From the NCBI GenBank assembly GCA_040751795.1, contig JBFMHR010000004.1, forward strand, positions 223,959 through 287,958: 64,000 nt of DNA, written 5' to 3'. The notes under the pieces were generated by a model. The model was given only the letters and a program-made list of their open reading frames with translations, was not told the DNA's origin and made no database searches. Shown here piece by piece: positions 27,064-38,354 of the stretch (positions within the stretch are counted from its first letter, which is position 1; every line of letters begins with the position of its first letter). The stretch comes from Thermoplasmatota archaeon. Lineage in GTDB: Archaea; Thermoplasmatota; Thermoplasmata; UBA10834. Both the position numbers and the translations under genes were made by a program.

Positions 27064-28092
27064 GTGCTAGGAGTGAAGGTCCCCAGGGCGCTGGCGGAGG
27101 AGCTCAGGCTGTCCATCGCCAGGAAGGGCATCGTGGACAAGACCCTCGCCATACTCGACGAAGGCGACTCCGTCCTCATCCCCGTCCACAGCGCCCCGGC
27201 GGCGGACATCATGGGGAGGTACCACGCGAGCCTCGTCGAGAGGGACTTCCCATCCAGGAGGACCAGGGTGGACCCTATCGACCAGGTGAGGGCCAGGGCC
27301 GAGGTCCCGGAGGAGCTCAAGCTCCTCCTCCCGGAGAAGTGGGAGCAGCTAGGGGACGTCGTCACTCTCAGGCTCCCCAAGGAGCTCGGGTCGTTCGAGG
27401 GCGCGATCGGCGAGGCCTACGCGGGGGTCCTGAAGGCGAAGACGGTCCTGAGGGATGTGGGCGGGATAGCGGGCAGCTACAGGACGCCGGTCGTGAGGTT
27501 CATCTTCGGGACCGACCCGGTCTCGGTGCACAGGGAGAACGGGGTGCTCTACAGGCTGGACGCGTCGAAGGTGATGTTCTCCTCCGGCAACGTCGACGAG
27601 AGGGCCAGGATGGCGACGGTCGCCTGCGACGGCGAGACCGTCGTGGACATGTTCGCGGGCATCGGGTACTTCACCCTCCCGCTGGCCGTCCACCAGAGGC
27701 CGCGGCGGATCATCGCGTGCGAGCTGAACGGGGTCGCACACGGGTACCTGGTGGAGAACATCGCGTTGAACAAGGTCGGGGGGAGGGTGGAGCCGATCCT
27801 CGGCGACAACAGGGACCTCCCGGGGGAGGGCTTCGCGGACAGGGTCATAATGGGATACGTGAAGACGACCCACGAGTTCCTCCACACCGCCTTCCGCCTC
27901 TTGAAGAGCGGCGGGGTCATCCACTACCACGAGACATGCCCCAACGACCTTCTGCCGGGGCGACCCACCCAGAGGCTGAGGGACGCCGCGAGGGGCGGGA
28001 GGGTGGAGGTGCTGAGGTTCAAGGAGGTCAAGTCCTACTCGCCAGGGGTGAGCCACGTTGTCGTAGACGCGAGGTTCACGAGGACCTCTTGA
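27064..28092 (+). CDS. Trm5/TYW2 (Taw2, Met-10+) family SAM-dependent tRNA modification enzyme
   Basis: GDV, YRTP, HRENG, SKVMFSSGN..ER, VVDMFAGIGYF, ADRVIMGY, VKSYSPG; start uncertain. Confidence 0.88.
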   Translation: MLGVKVPRALAEELRLSIARKGIVDKTLAILDEGDSVLIPVHSAPAADIMGRYHASLVERDFPSRRTRVDPIDQVRARAEVPEELKLLLPEKWEQLGDVVTLRLPKELGSFEGAIGEAYAGVLKAKTVLRDVGGIAGSYRTPVVRFIFGTDPVSVHRENGVLYRLDASKVMFSSGNVDERARMATVACDGETVVDMFAGIGYFTLPLAVHQRPRRIIACELNGVAHGYLVENIALNKVGGRVEPILGDNRDLPGEGFADRVIMGYVKTTHEFLHTAFRLLKSGGVIHYHETCPNDLLPGRPTQRLRDAARGGRVEVLRFKEVKSYSPGVSHVVVDARFTRTS

Positions 28093-29638
28093 TCTCCTCG
28101 GTGCTCCCGGCCTCCTTCATGAAGGCGACGAAGGCCGCATGGTGCGACTCAGCGTCCTGGCTCTCCAGGAGGCGTTTGGCCGCTCCGGCCAGGTGCCCCC
28201 CGAACTCCTGCTCCTCGCTGGTGTACTTCCAGGACTTGGTCGAGATGCCCATCGAGAGGTAGAACGCGTGGGCTATCGATCTCGTCCTGTGGTCGTTGGA
28301 GGTGTCGGCGTCGAGCAGCGCGTTGGCGCCGGACGAGCCGCGGGTCTTGTAGGCCCTCGTCACATCGTCGACGAACCTGGCGTGCTGCGAGAGCCCCGAG
28401 TAGGAGGGCATCCGAGACGTCACCTCGGCGTGTGCGGCCTTCTTGACCGCCAGCCTGACCACCTTCAGGGGGGACTGGGCGGACTCGTCGTCGTCCTTGA
28501 AGTGCGCCTCCGCGGCCTCGCCGGACACGACGCCCTTCAGCGCGGCCAGGCCGTGTTCGGACCAGAACCTCGACATGATGCTGTTGACGGTGTCCTTGGG
28601 GTCGGCGACCACCGGATGGCCTATGTCGGCGAGCATGGCCGAGAGCGCGGCGGACTCGACCGGGTCCTCCGTCATCTCCCTGATGAAGGCCGCCCGGTCG
28701 TCCCCGAACGACCTGTCACCGCGGACGTACGCGGGGCCGTCCTCAGCCTCGACCTTGGCGTGGACCTGCTCGAAGTGCCTGTCGATCAACTCCCTGTCCC
28801 CGAACTGGCCGGAGGCGTACTTCTCGAGGAGGGCATGCTCCACCGGCATGCTCAGGAGGCCCCTGAGGTCCTTTCTCCCTGCGACGGCGGTCAGCGGCCT
28901 CTCGACCGTCACGTCGACCTCGTCCAGGATGCTCGGGACCGCCATCCCCTCAGCGAGCTTGGTGAGGCTGTTCCCGTTCTTGGCCCCGCACTGCGGGCAG
29001 ACGGAGACCCTCGAGTCGGTGTTGACGAAGGCGAACTCGATCCTCTCCGCCGAGGGGGACGCGTGAGGGCAGCTGTAGCCGCCGTCGTCCTTCCGCGTCG
29101 CGCCCACGGCGTCCGCCGCCTTCGCGATGTACCCCTCCGGGGGCTTCGGCTCCCTCCCGGTGCAGACGAACTCGTCGCCGTAGGAGTAGAAGTGCAGGCC
29201 CTTCTTCTTCACGAGGTCCAGCACGCCCAGGACGCGCCACTTCGGGGAGTCGTAGTTCTGGACGCCTATGAGCTTCTCCTTGCTGGTCCTGCCCCTGAGC
29301 GCGAACATCACGGTCCCGCCGGGGTACTTCGCCGAGGCCAGGTACGGGGCCTTCTCCTCGTGGACCAGGCCGATGGTGGCCGCGTAGGCGCGGGCGAGCC
29401 TGTCCCCCCTCTTGGCGAACTTGGCCAGCTTGGCGGGGTCGTCCTTGTACCTGGCGATCTTCTCCAGGCGCGCGCGCGTCTTCTTGAAGGGGCAGGACCC
29501 GCACTCGGCCGCGCACTCGGGGAGTATGAGCCCGGGGTCATCCATGAGCGCCCTCGCCTTCTCCATCAGGTCCTTCTCCCTGACCTTGGAGGCGATCCTC
29601 GCGTTGACCCTGATCCTCATGTTCTTCCTGCGCGGCAT
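28076..29638 (-). CDS. Hypothetical protein with several Cys motifs
   Basis: Long ORF with strong GC3 bias; CAAECGSCPF, CPH, CPQC motifs; no family recognised. Confidence 0.7.
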   Translation of the reverse strand: MPRRKNMRIRVNARIASKVREKDLMEKARALMDDPGLILPECAAECGSCPFKKTRARLEKIARYKDDPAKLAKFAKRGDRLARAYAATIGLVHEEKAPYLASAKYPGGTVMFALRGRTSKEKLIGVQNYDSPKWRVLGVLDLVKKKGLHFYSYGDEFVCTGREPKPPEGYIAKAADAVGATRKDDGGYSCPHASPSAERIEFAFVNTDSRVSVCPQCGAKNGNSLTKLAEGMAVPSILDEVDVTVERPLTAVAGRKDLRGLLSMPVEHALLEKYASGQFGDRELIDRHFEQVHAKVEAEDGPAYVRGDRSFGDDRAAFIREMTEDPVESAALSAMLADIGHPVVADPKDTVNSIMSRFWSEHGLAALKGVVSGEAAEAHFKDDDESAQSPLKVVRLAVKKAAHAEVTSRMPSYSGLSQHARFVDDVTRAYKTRGSSGANALLDADTSNDHRTRSIAHAFYLSMGISTKSWKYTSEEQEFGGHLAGAAKRLLESQDAESHHAAFVAFMKEAGSTEEIKRSS

Positions 29639-29772
29639 GTCCGAGTCCCTCCGACATAACGGCCCATGGTACTAGTCTTTTGCGGAGGCGGTCCAGGTCA
29701 CAGGCCAGTCTCCGCAAAAGCTTATTAGCAGCACTGGACCATAAGGAAGGTAGCGGGATGCGGATGGTCTAG

Positions 29773-30498
29773 ATGTCGCAGGAGGAGGACTTCGCCAAGG
29801 GCTTCATCAAGGGCTTCGAGGAGGGCCTCAAGGACGCTTGGGAGGAGATCATCAAGCTGTCCATGAAGGGCTACACCTCGAGGGAGCTCCAGATCATGGC
29901 GAAGACCAAGAAGTCCATGCTCTTCCAGAGGGTCCAGCAGAGGACCGACGAGCTCGAGAGGGCCCTCGGCAGGAAGATCCAGGCCCCCGAGGCCGCCGCG
30001 AAGCCCGCCCCCGCCCAGGCGGAGATGAGGCCCGGGTGGAGCTACGTCATCAAGGAGGAGAGGCCCGAGAGGAGCTTCTCCATGTTCTCGGCCCTGGTCG
30101 GGGGCGGCGCCCGCGGCCTCTGCATATCCAGGACGCACCCCGACATGCTGAAGCAGAAGTACGGGTTCGAGGCGGAGACGATCTGGCTCACGAAGACGGA
30201 GAGCGCCCAGGTCTCGTCGGGCAGGAAGGGCGCGGAGTTCGTGTCGCCCAACAACCTTGCGCACCTCGCGTCCGCCGTCCGCGAGTTCCTCTCGAAGGGG
30301 GAGAACGGCGCGGTGGTCATCGAGGGCCTCGAGTACCTCACCACCCAGAACGATTTCAAGAGCGTCCTGAGGTTCGTGCAGCTCATCAACGAGCAGGTGG
30401 TCCTGGACAAGGGCTATCTCATCATCCCCGTCGACGAGGGGACGATGGACCCGAAGGACTTCTCCCTCGTAGAGAGGGAGATGAGCCAGGTGCTCTGA
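29773..30498 (+). CDS. DUF835 domain protein
   Basis: SYVIKEERP, GLCISRTHP, IWLT, VVIEGLEYL..QNDF..VLRF, LIIPVD. Confidence 0.85.
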   Translation: MSQEEDFAKGFIKGFEEGLKDAWEEIIKLSMKGYTSRELQIMAKTKKSMLFQRVQQRTDELERALGRKIQAPEAAAKPAPAQAEMRPGWSYVIKEERPERSFSMFSALVGGGARGLCISRTHPDMLKQKYGFEAETIWLTKTESAQVSSGRKGAEFVSPNNLAHLASAVREFLSKGENGAVVIEGLEYLTTQNDFKSVLRFVQLINEQVVLDKGYLIIPVDEGTMDPKDFSLVEREMSQVL

Positions 30499-30539
30499 GG
30501 AAGGAGAGATATTGAGGGGGGTTCTCCCCCCTGGAAGCC

Positions 30540-31853
30540 TCAGCCTCCCATTATCGCCTTGACGTCGGCTTTCGGGTCCCCGATCAGCCTGATGCCGTAG
30601 CCCTCGGTGAGCACCTTGACCACGTCCTCGTTCGCCCATGCGGGCAGGACGGGGCCCAGGTACATCCCCTTCAGGCCGAGCGCGAGAAGGCTCCATAGGA
30701 TCGAGACCGCCTTCTGCTCCATCCAGCTCAGCACCAGCGTCAGGGGCAGCTCGGTCACCTCGACCCCGAACATGTCGGCGAGGGCCGACGCCACCTCGAC
30801 CGCGACGATCGCGTCGTTGCACTGGCCCAGGTCGATCAGCCTCGGGACGCCGTCGATCGTCCCCAGGTCCATGTGGTTGAACCTGAACTTGCCGCACGCG
30901 AGGGTCAGGACCACGGCGTCGCCCGGGAGCGACCTCACCAGGTCCGCGTAGTACTGGTTCCTCTTGGTCGGCGAGTCGCAGCCGCCCACCAGGACGAACC
31001 TCCGGATCTTCCCCGCCTCGACTAGCTCCTTTATCTTCGGGGCGGCCGCCAGCAGGACGCCCTTGGAGAACCCGGTGGTCAGCTCATGGTCGCCGGGCGC
31101 ATCCGGGAGGGGAGGTAGCTCCTTCGCCTTCCTTATTACAGCGGAATAGTCGTGGCCGTCGATGTGCTTCACGCCAGGGAGCCGGACCACGCCCGTCGTG
31201 AACATCCTGTCCCTGTAGCCGTCCCTCGGGAGCAGGGCGCAGTTGGAGGTCGCGAGGACCGCCGCCGAGTGCTCCTGGAAGAGGTCCTTCTGGTCGTGCC
31301 AGGCCCCGCCGAGGTTCCCCACGAGGTGCGGGTACCTCTTGAGCTTCGGGTAGCCGTGCGCCGGCAGCATCTCCGAGTGCGTGTACACGTTGACCCCGGT
31401 CCCCTCGGTCTGCTTCAGGAGCTCATCGAGGGCCTTGAGGTCGTGGCCCGTGACGATGATGCCGGGGCCGGCCACGGTCCCGGTCCTCACCCTGGTGGGC
31501 TCCGGCTCGCCGTAGGTCTCGATGTGTGCCTTCTTCAGGAGCCGCATCGCCCCGATGTTGGCCATCCCGGACTCCAGCCCGAGGTCGATGAGCGACTTCG
31601 CGTCGAAGTTCACGTTGGTGAGGGTCGTGTAGAGGCTCCTCTCCACGAACGCGTCCAGCTTTCCGTCCGTGTACCCGAGCCCCCTCGCGTGGTACAGGTA
31701 CGCCGAGATCCCCTTCAGGGAGTAGATCAGGTTGTCCTGCATCCTCGCCGTGGTGGCGTCCTTCCCGCACGCTCCAGTGGTTGTGCAACCCGTGCCGCCG
31801 ACCGTCTGGGAGCACTGGTTGCAGAACATCTTCGTCCCCTTCGCTTCCGTCAT
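30540..31853 (-). CDS. hcp: Hybrid cluster protein / hydroxylamine reductase
   Basis: [11 protein letters not shown]...[48 protein letters not shown]. Confidence 0.95.
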   Translation of the reverse strand: MTEAKGTKMFCNQCSQTVGGTGCTTTGACGKDATTARMQDNLIYSLKGISAYLYHARGLGYTDGKLDAFVERSLYTTLTNVNFDAKSLIDLGLESGMANIGAMRLLKKAHIETYGEPEPTRVRTGTVAGPGIIVTGHDLKALDELLKQTEGTGVNVYTHSEMLPAHGYPKLKRYPHLVGNLGGAWHDQKDLFQEHSAAVLATSNCALLPRDGYRDRMFTTGVVRLPGVKHIDGHDYSAVIRKAKELPPLPDAPGDHELTTGFSKGVLLAAAPKIKELVEAGKIRRFVLVGGCDSPTKRNQYYADLVRSLPGDAVVLTLACGKFRFNHMDLGTIDGVPRLIDLGQCNDAIVAVEVASALADMFGVEVTELPLTLVLSWMEQKAVSILWSLLALGLKGMYLGPVLPAWANEDVVKVLTEGYGIRLIGDPKADVKAIMGG

Positions 31854-31955
31854 CCATTCACCTTGGTCCGAACTCGCAGTGCCTCGGCGCCTGGGTGCCG
31901 CCCCCGCGCCTGGGCCCGCGGCTCGGAGAGCGGAGGACCTTTATATCCCGGTCGC

Positions 31956-34046
31956 CTAACCGCGCCGGGCCTCCCCGCAGGGCGGGCCGCCCTTCTGTCC
32001 GGCCCTCCTGTACGAGCCCCCGGGCACGGTTATCTCGAACCTCGCGCCCTCCCCCTCGCGGCCGCACTCCCTGACGGTCATCCCGGTGATGGAGAGTATC
32101 TCCCTGACCAGGTAGAGGCCGAGGCCGGTGTTCTTGCCGAACCCGCGCTCGAAGATGCGCTCCTTCTCGGCGTCCGGGATGCCCACGCCGTCGTCCCGGA
32201 CGACGATGACGAGGTCCGGGCCGCGGACCTCGCACGCCGCCGCCACCTCCGTCACCCTCTGCCCGTGCCGGAGGGCGTTCTCGGCCAGGTTGTAGAAGAC
32301 CTTCCCCAGGAGGGCGTCCGCGAGCACCTCGACGCCGTCGAGCCCGTTCGCGAGCCTCACGCCCCCCATGCGGAGGTTGGCGGCAGCCGAGGAGAGCAGG
32401 TGCCCCGCGTCCTGCCAGACGGGGTCCAGCGACCCGAGGTCCTGGTAGTCCTTGGTGAACGATATGATCGCCTCCGCCGCCGTCGCCTCCCTGCCGAGCT
32501 TCTCCAGGTACCCCGCGGCCTTCTCCGGCCTCCTGTCCTCGACCGACATCTGCGCATACGCCCTGATGGACGTGAGCTTGTTCAGCAGGTCGTGCCTGGT
32601 TATGCTCGAGAGCATGTTCAGCTTCACGTTCGCGACCCTCAGCGCGTCCGTCGCCTTCCGCCTCTCGTTTATGTCGTTGAAGGCGATGAAGTACGCCTCC
32701 TGCCCCTCGAACACTATCGTGGTCGTGGAGAGGTATGCCCAGAACCTCTCGCCGTCCGATGTCTTGAACTGTATCTCGTAGCCCTGGACCTTCCCGGTCC
32801 GCCCCATGGCCTCGATGAGCCTGGCCCGGTCCGCCGGGTCGGCATAGAAGTCGGCGGTCCCCATCCGGAGCGCCTCCTCCCTGGGGATGCGGAACTGCTC
32901 CTCGGCCATCCGGTTCACGAGCAGTATCCTCCCGTCCGACCTCCTCGTGATAGCCACGGGGAACGGGGCCATCTCGATCATCTCCCTGTAGCGTTCCTCG
33001 CTCTCCCGGAGGCGCCCCTCCGCCTCCTTGCGGTCGGTGACGTCCCTCAGGATGACGACCCTGCCCGGCCCCGCGTATGGCGACGGCACCTGCCTGACGG
33101 ACAGGTCGAACGCCCTCCTCCCCGTCCTGGTCTCGATGGACAGCTCCTCGCGGAACGCTGTCTCGGCGCGGCACCTGTCCATCAGGTCGGGCGTCCCCGC
33201 GAGCACCTCCGAGAAGTGCCTCCCGAAGGCCGACGCGCCCTCGAACCCGAACTGCGCGCCCGCCGCCCTGTTGTAGTCTATGAGCCTGCACCGGTCGTCG
33301 AACACCAGCACGGGGTCGGGCATCTCCTCCATCACGATGTCCCTGGCGGTCGGCCTGATGTCCAGCAGCCCCAGCCTGACGAACCCCCAGAGCATGAAGA
33401 CGCAGCCCAGGGTGAAGGACGCGGAGGTGAAGTTGAACCCCTCGACGGGGGTCAGGCCGAGCTGGTACGCGAGGTTCACCGCGAGCGGGAAGAGCAGGGA
33501 GCCGGCGAGTATCCCGCCGTGGGTCCTGTATATCCCCTTCGAGTGCCTCGTCGACCGGTAGATGATCGCCACGGCGCTCGCTATCAGGACGTAGTTGTAG
33601 GCGATCTGGAGGAGGAAGAACGGGCCCGAGCGGTAGGTGAGGACCCTCAGCTCCCCGATCTCCTCCACGGCGAAGTCGTCGATCATGTACGGGTAGTCCC
33701 CCGCGGTGAAGCAGAGGAGAGCCAGGATCGCAGGGAATATGGAGAGGAGGATGGCGTTGCGCCTGTTCAGGAGCCGCCTGTTCCCCGCCACTCCGGCAGC
33801 GAGCCCGAAGCACGCCAGGCCGAGGAACGTGGTCGGCAGCATACGTAACTTGACCAGGAGGGTCTTCGCCTCGAGCGTCTGCGCGTTCATCTCGAGGCCG
33901 TAGAAGAGGGCCCAGGCGAGGCAGAGCGCCAACATCGCCTGGAAGGCCCTGGTCGTGTGGTCCTGCCTGAGCCTCATGGTGAACCAGAGGCACGTCGCGA
34001 GCACGCCTACGGAGAGAAGCTGCGGGAAAAGGGGCATGATCTGCAT
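31956..34046 (-). CDS. Membrane (7TM-type) PAS-domain sensor histidine kinase
   Basis: ~7 N-terminal TM helices, two PAS-like domains, SSITRHDLLN H-box, NLAENALRHG, DDGVG, GLGLYL. Confidence 0.9.
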   Translation of the reverse strand: MQIMPLFPQLLSVGVLATCLWFTMRLRQDHTTRAFQAMLALCLAWALFYGLEMNAQTLEAKTLLVKLRMLPTTFLGLACFGLAAGVAGNRRLLNRRNAILLSIFPAILALLCFTAGDYPYMIDDFAVEEIGELRVLTYRSGPFFLLQIAYNYVLIASAVAIIYRSTRHSKGIYRTHGGILAGSLLFPLAVNLAYQLGLTPVEGFNFTSASFTLGCVFMLWGFVRLGLLDIRPTARDIVMEEMPDPVLVFDDRCRLIDYNRAAGAQFGFEGASAFGRHFSEVLAGTPDLMDRCRAETAFREELSIETRTGRRAFDLSVRQVPSPYAGPGRVVILRDVTDRKEAEGRLRESEERYREMIEMAPFPVAITRRSDGRILLVNRMAEEQFRIPREEALRMGTADFYADPADRARLIEAMGRTGKVQGYEIQFKTSDGERFWAYLSTTTIVFEGQEAYFIAFNDINERRKATDALRVANVKLNMLSSITRHDLLNKLTSIRAYAQMSVEDRRPEKAAGYLEKLGREATAAEAIISFTKDYQDLGSLDPVWQDAGHLLSSAAANLRMGGVRLANGLDGVEVLADALLGKVFYNLAENALRHGQRVTEVAAACEVRGPDLVIVVRDDGVGIPDAEKERIFERGFGKNTGLGLYLVREILSITGMTVRECGREGEGARFEITVPGGSYRRAGQKGGPPCGEARRG

Positions 34047-34205
34047 CCATGACCACCTCCTCGGGGACCAGGCGAGTCTACGAATCGCCCGGCGTCCATA
34101 TAACGGTTGGCTCCGGCCAGGCCGTCCCGGGGCGCCCCGGTCCGGCGTTCAGCACGGACGCGACGGGCTGCGACGGCGATGGGGGCGTGGGCCGCAGGGC
34201 TCAGG

Positions 34206-34280
34206 TGCTCCCGCCGGGATTTGAACCCGGGTGACCAGCTCGAAAGGCTGGGATGATGGACCGGACTACACTACGGGAGC
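34206..34280 (-). tRNA. tRNA-Glu(TTC)
   Basis: Reverse complement GCTCCCG...CCAGC-CTTTCGA-GCTGG...GGTTCAAATCC..CGGGAGC-A. Confidence 0.95.
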
Positions 34281-34411
34281 ATGCGCGACGAAAGCCCGCA
34301 AATTCCGTCTATGAGGTGTCCGTATTTAACCCTTCGCGGGACTGGCTGCGACGACGGCCGTGTCCGAAACAAGACAAAGCTTAAAGGCGGTCTTGCGGAT
34401 TCGCCTGGAGT

Positions 34412-35098
34412 ATGGACAGGAAGGACAAGGGGAAGCCGAGCGTCGCCGAGACGACCCGGAAGTACATCGACAGGCACCCGAGCATCCGGGACTGCATCAG
34501 CAAGGACCTCGTCAACTTCTCCTCCCTGTCGAGGCTCATCATGAAGGAGATGGGCGTCACCCACGAGGAGGCGGTCCTCGCGGCCAGCCGGCGCTACGCC
34601 TCGAAGCTGTCCAGGACCGACTTCGAGGGCGACATCATGAGCGTCTTCGAGGAGAGCCGCCTCGAGCTCAAGACGCGCATATGCATCGTGGTCGCGAAGA
34701 ACGAGTGGATCGTCCTCAGGAACCTCGAGGAGGTCGTCAAGAAGATCCTCTCCGACAAGAGCACGATGCAGGTCATGGAGAGCACCAACGCCATCACAGT
34801 CATCTCCGAGGACAAGTTCCTCCCGATGATCACCAGGGCAATAGGCGAGGACCATGTGGTCTCCGTCAAGCAGAACCTCGCGGAGATCACGGTCAAGAGC
34901 CCCCAGAGGATCGAGACCACCACCGGGGCGTTCACCTACCTCGTCTCGATGCTCTCGGAGCAGGGCATCAACCTGCTCGAGGCCGTGAGCTGCTACACCG
35001 ACACGATCTTCATAGTGGACAGGGAGGACATGATGCGCGCCTTTGACATACTGTCCGCATGCATAGAGGACAAGATCGAGCCCGAGAACGGGCGCTGA
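34412..35098 (+). CDS. ACT-domain protein (archaeal regulator-like)
   Basis: N-terminal LVNFSSLSR motif; C-terminal IETTTG..YL...LSEQGINLLEAVSCYTDTIFIV ACT-like fold. Confidence 0.75.
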   Translation: MDRKDKGKPSVAETTRKYIDRHPSIRDCISKDLVNFSSLSRLIMKEMGVTHEEAVLAASRRYASKLSRTDFEGDIMSVFEESRLELKTRICIVVAKNEWIVLRNLEEVVKKILSDKSTMQVMESTNAITVISEDKFLPMITRAIGEDHVVSVKQNLAEITVKSPQRIETTTGAFTYLVSMLSEQGINLLEAVSCYTDTIFIVDREDMMRAFDILSACIEDKIEPENGR

Positions 35099-35101
35099 GC
35101 C

Positions 35102-36535
35102 TCACCCCGAGACCAGCCTGTCCACCGCGGCCGCCTGCTTCTTCATCCCCCTGAGGGCCCTCCTGCCCCTGGAGAGCGAGGACGAGGCCCGCTTGGCCTG
35201 CTGCGCGACCGCCGACGGGGCCGTCCCGCCCTGCGACCTCCGCCTCGACAGGGAGTGCTCCAGCTCCAGGACGCCAAGGTCCGACCTCCTGACCCCCTCG
35301 ATCCCGGCGGCCAGCTCCCTGAACTTGTGCGGGTCCCCCCCGGACCGCTCGGAGATCTGTTGCACGATCCCGTGAGCGGCCCGGAAGGGGATGCCGCGGG
35401 TTGCGAGGAAGTCGGCGAGGTCGGTCGCGGTCATCAACCCATCCTCCGCCGACTCCCTCATCCTCACCACGTCGAACTCCAAGTCTGCAAGGAAGTCTGT
35501 GAGGGCATGGAGCGAGGCCCCAACGGTGTCGAAGACATCGAAGAGGTTCTCCTTGTCTTCCTGCAGGTCGCGGTTGTACGCGAGGGGAAGAGATTTCAGC
35601 ATGGTGAGGATCGCGACGAGGTGGCCGATGGTCCTGCCCGACTTCCCCCGGACCAGCTCGGGGATGTCCGGGTTCCTCTTCTGCGGCATCATGCTCGAGC
35701 CGCTGGAGAGGCCCTCCGGGAGCCGGACGAAGCCGAACTCCTGGGACGACCACAGGACGAGCTCCTCGCTGAGCGAGGAGAGGTGGACCATCAGGAGGGA
35801 GAGGGCGAAGGCGGCCTCCGCGACGAAGTCCCTGTCGGAGACGGAGTCGAGGGAGTTCTCGGTGACGCCGTCCATCGCGAGCATCCGGGCGGCGATGCTC
35901 CTGTCGATCCCGAAGGCGGTGCCGGCGAGGGCCCCCGCACCGAGGGGGGAGACGTTCGCGCGGGCGTAGCACCCGGCCATCCTCTGGACGTCCCTCTCGA
36001 GCCTCCAGAAGTGGGCGAGCAGGTGGTGCGAGAGCAGGACCGGCTGCGCGCGCTGCAGGTGGGTGTAGCCGGGCATCGGGGCAGCGTCGGCCTCCCTCGC
36101 CCTCCTGAGGAGGACCTCCTGGAGAGCGAGGGTCGCCGAGACCGCGCCGACCAGCGACTCCCTGACCATCAGCCTCATGTCGAGGGCGACCTGGTCGTTG
36201 CGGCTCCTGCCCGTGTGGAGTTTCGCGCCCGCCTCGCCGACCCGGTCGGTGAGCATCCGCTCGATGTTCATGTGGACGTCCTCCAGGCGCGGGTCGAACG
36301 CCGCCGTCCCCCTGGAGCACTCCGCGGCGATGTCCCTGAGGCCTGAGACCATCAGCTCCTTCTCCCGCGCGGTGACGACGCCCGCCTCCGCGAGCGCGTG
36401 CACGTGCGCGATGCTGCCCGCTATGTCGTGCTTCCAGAGCCTCCTGTCGTAGTGGACGGAGCCTGTGAACCCGAGGAACGCGTCACTTACACGCGACGCA
36501 CGGTTCCTCGTTGACCGCGGACTCATTCGACGCAC
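35102..36535 (-). CDS. argH: Argininosuccinate lyase
   Basis: EDVH, LHTGRSRNDQVA, PGYTHLQRAQP, SPLGAGALAG, GSSMMPQKRNPD, YNRDLQEDK. Confidence 0.96.
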   Translation of the reverse strand: MRRMSPRSTRNRASRVSDAFLGFTGSVHYDRRLWKHDIAGSIAHVHALAEAGVVTAREKELMVSGLRDIAAECSRGTAAFDPRLEDVHMNIERMLTDRVGEAGAKLHTGRSRNDQVALDMRLMVRESLVGAVSATLALQEVLLRRAREADAAPMPGYTHLQRAQPVLLSHHLLAHFWRLERDVQRMAGCYARANVSPLGAGALAGTAFGIDRSIAARMLAMDGVTENSLDSVSDRDFVAEAAFALSLLMVHLSSLSEELVLWSSQEFGFVRLPEGLSSGSSMMPQKRNPDIPELVRGKSGRTIGHLVAILTMLKSLPLAYNRDLQEDKENLFDVFDTVGASLHALTDFLADLEFDVVRMRESAEDGLMTATDLADFLATRGIPFRAAHGIVQQISERSGGDPHKFRELAAGIEGVRRSDLGVLELEHSLSRRRSQGGTAPSAVAQQAKRASSSLSRGRRALRGMKKQAAAVDRLVSG

Positions 36536-37766
36536 CGTTCCCGTTGGCCTGGGCCGCCCTGACGAGCGCCCCCACCTTCAGGGGCAGTCCCCAGACGTAG
36601 ATGAAGCCCTTCGCGGCGGAGTGGTCGAAGGCGTCGGCCTTGTCGTACGTCGACAAGGCCGTGCTGTAGAGCGAGCAGGGGGACTCCCTGCCCACGACCA
36701 CCGCGCTGCCCTTGTGGAGCTTGACCCTGACCGTCCCCGTGACGCCCTGCTGTGTGCTCTCGACGAAAGCGTCGAGCGCCTCCTTCAGCGGCGAGAACCA
36801 GAGGCCGTTGTAGACCAGGTCCGAGTAGTGCTGCTCGACCGTCTTCTTGTAGTGGAGCAGGTCCTTGGGGAGGACGAGCGCCTCCAGGTCCTGGTGGGCC
36901 CTGATGAGCACCGTGGCGGCGGGCGCCTCGTAGACCTCGCGGGACTTGATCCCGACGAGCCTGTTCTCTATGTGGTCTATCCTGCCGACCCCGTGCTTCC
37001 CCGCCCTCTCGTTGAGCGAGGCAATGATGTCCATGAGCTCCATCGGCGCCCCGTCGAGGGTCACGGGCTTCCCCTCCAGGAAGCCTATCTCCACGTACTC
37101 CGGCGCCTCGGGCGCCTCCCCGACGGCCTTGGTCCAGCCGTAGATGGACTCCGGGGGCTCGGCCCACGGGTCCTCGAGCACGCCGCACTCGATCGCCCTG
37201 CTCCAGACGCTCTCGTCAATGCTGTAGGGCGCCTCGACCGAGACGGGGATCGGGATCCCGTGCTCCCTGGCGTACGCGATCTCCTCCTCCCGGGACATCT
37301 TCCAGTCCCTGGTGGGGGCCATGATCTTCATCTCCGGGGCGAGGGCCATGATGGAGACCTCGAACCTGACCTGGTCGTTGCCCTTGCCCGTGCAGCCGTG
37401 GGCGATGGTGTCCGCCCCGAGCCTCTTGGCCATCTCGACGAGCTTCGCCACCATCAGGGGGCGCGCGATCGCGGTGCCGAGAGGGTAGTTGCCCTCGTAG
37501 AGGGCGTTGGCCTTGAGCGCGGGCAGGACGTAGGAGTCGGCGAACTCCTTCTTCGCGTCTATCACCCACGCGCGCGACGCACCTATTGCCCTGGCCCTCC
37601 TCATCGCATCCTTGAGGTCGTCAGTCTGACCGACGTCTACGGTCACGGTGACGACATCGCAGCCGTGCATCTGTCTCAGCCAGTGGATCGCCACTGACGT
37701 GTCCAGGCCGCCCGAGTATGCGAGGAGTATCTTCGGCTTCTCCTTCTTCTGTCCAGGGTTGTCCAT
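36483..37766 (-). CDS. argG: Argininosuccinate synthase
   Basis: [39 protein letters not shown]; ATG 37766. Confidence 0.97.
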   Translation of the reverse strand: MDNPGQKKEKPKILLAYSGGLDTSVAIHWLRQMHGCDVVTVTVDVGQTDDLKDAMRRARAIGASRAWVIDAKKEFADSYVLPALKANALYEGNYPLGTAIARPLMVAKLVEMAKRLGADTIAHGCTGKGNDQVRFEVSIMALAPEMKIMAPTRDWKMSREEEIAYAREHGIPIPVSVEAPYSIDESVWSRAIECGVLEDPWAEPPESIYGWTKAVGEAPEAPEYVEIGFLEGKPVTLDGAPMELMDIIASLNERAGKHGVGRIDHIENRLVGIKSREVYEAPAATVLIRAHQDLEALVLPKDLLHYKKTVEQHYSDLVYNGLWFSPLKEALDAFVESTQQGVTGTVRVKLHKGSAVVVGRESPCSLYSTALSTYDKADAFDHSAAKGFIYVWGLPLKVGALVRAAQANGNGASNESAVNEEPCVACK

Positions 37767-37983
37767 GGAGTCGTCGCCTCCGCCCGTCCCATTCGGCGGG
37801 GCGTATATGGGGGTGGTGACACGTCGAGAACAACGCCGGGAGGGCCGTGTCGCGTTTCGGACACACGGTCGCCGCAGGCCCCTCCGCGGTCCGCCGCTGG
37901 ACACGTCTGGACGGCCCCCTGGCGCATGTCCAGCACCCTTAAGTATGCGCAGAATATTACTTGCTGGTAGCGGACTGAGTCAC

Positions 37984-38337
37984 TTGGCGTACAAGCGATA
38001 CAACCCGGACGACGAGGCGCAGATAGGGCCCGACGGCCAGCCCGAGTTCGTGAGGGTGCGGCTTCCCCGCAAGAAGGACAACGAGATATTCGGGATAGCG
38101 GACCAGCTGCTCGGCGCCTCGAGGATCAAGGTCATGTGCGCGGACGGGAAGTCCCGCATGGGCCGCATCCCCGGGAAGATCAAGAAGCGCATGTGGATCA
38201 GGGAGGGCGACCTGGTCATCGTGCAGCCGTGGGAGTTCCAGGACGAGAAGGCCAACATCATGTACAGGTACACCAAGACCCAGGCCATGTACCTGAGCAG
38301 GAAGAAGATGCTCCCCAAGTCGATCGACATATTCTGA
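37984..38337 (+). CDS. eif1a: Translation initiation factor aIF-1A
   Basis: [38 protein letters not shown]; TTG start assumed. Confidence 0.93.
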   Translation: MAYKRYNPDDEAQIGPDGQPEFVRVRLPRKKDNEIFGIADQLLGASRIKVMCADGKSRMGRIPGKIKKRMWIREGDLVIVQPWEFQDEKANIMYRYTKTQAMYLSRKKMLPKSIDIF

Positions 38338-38354
38338 GGCCCAGGGTGTCGCCT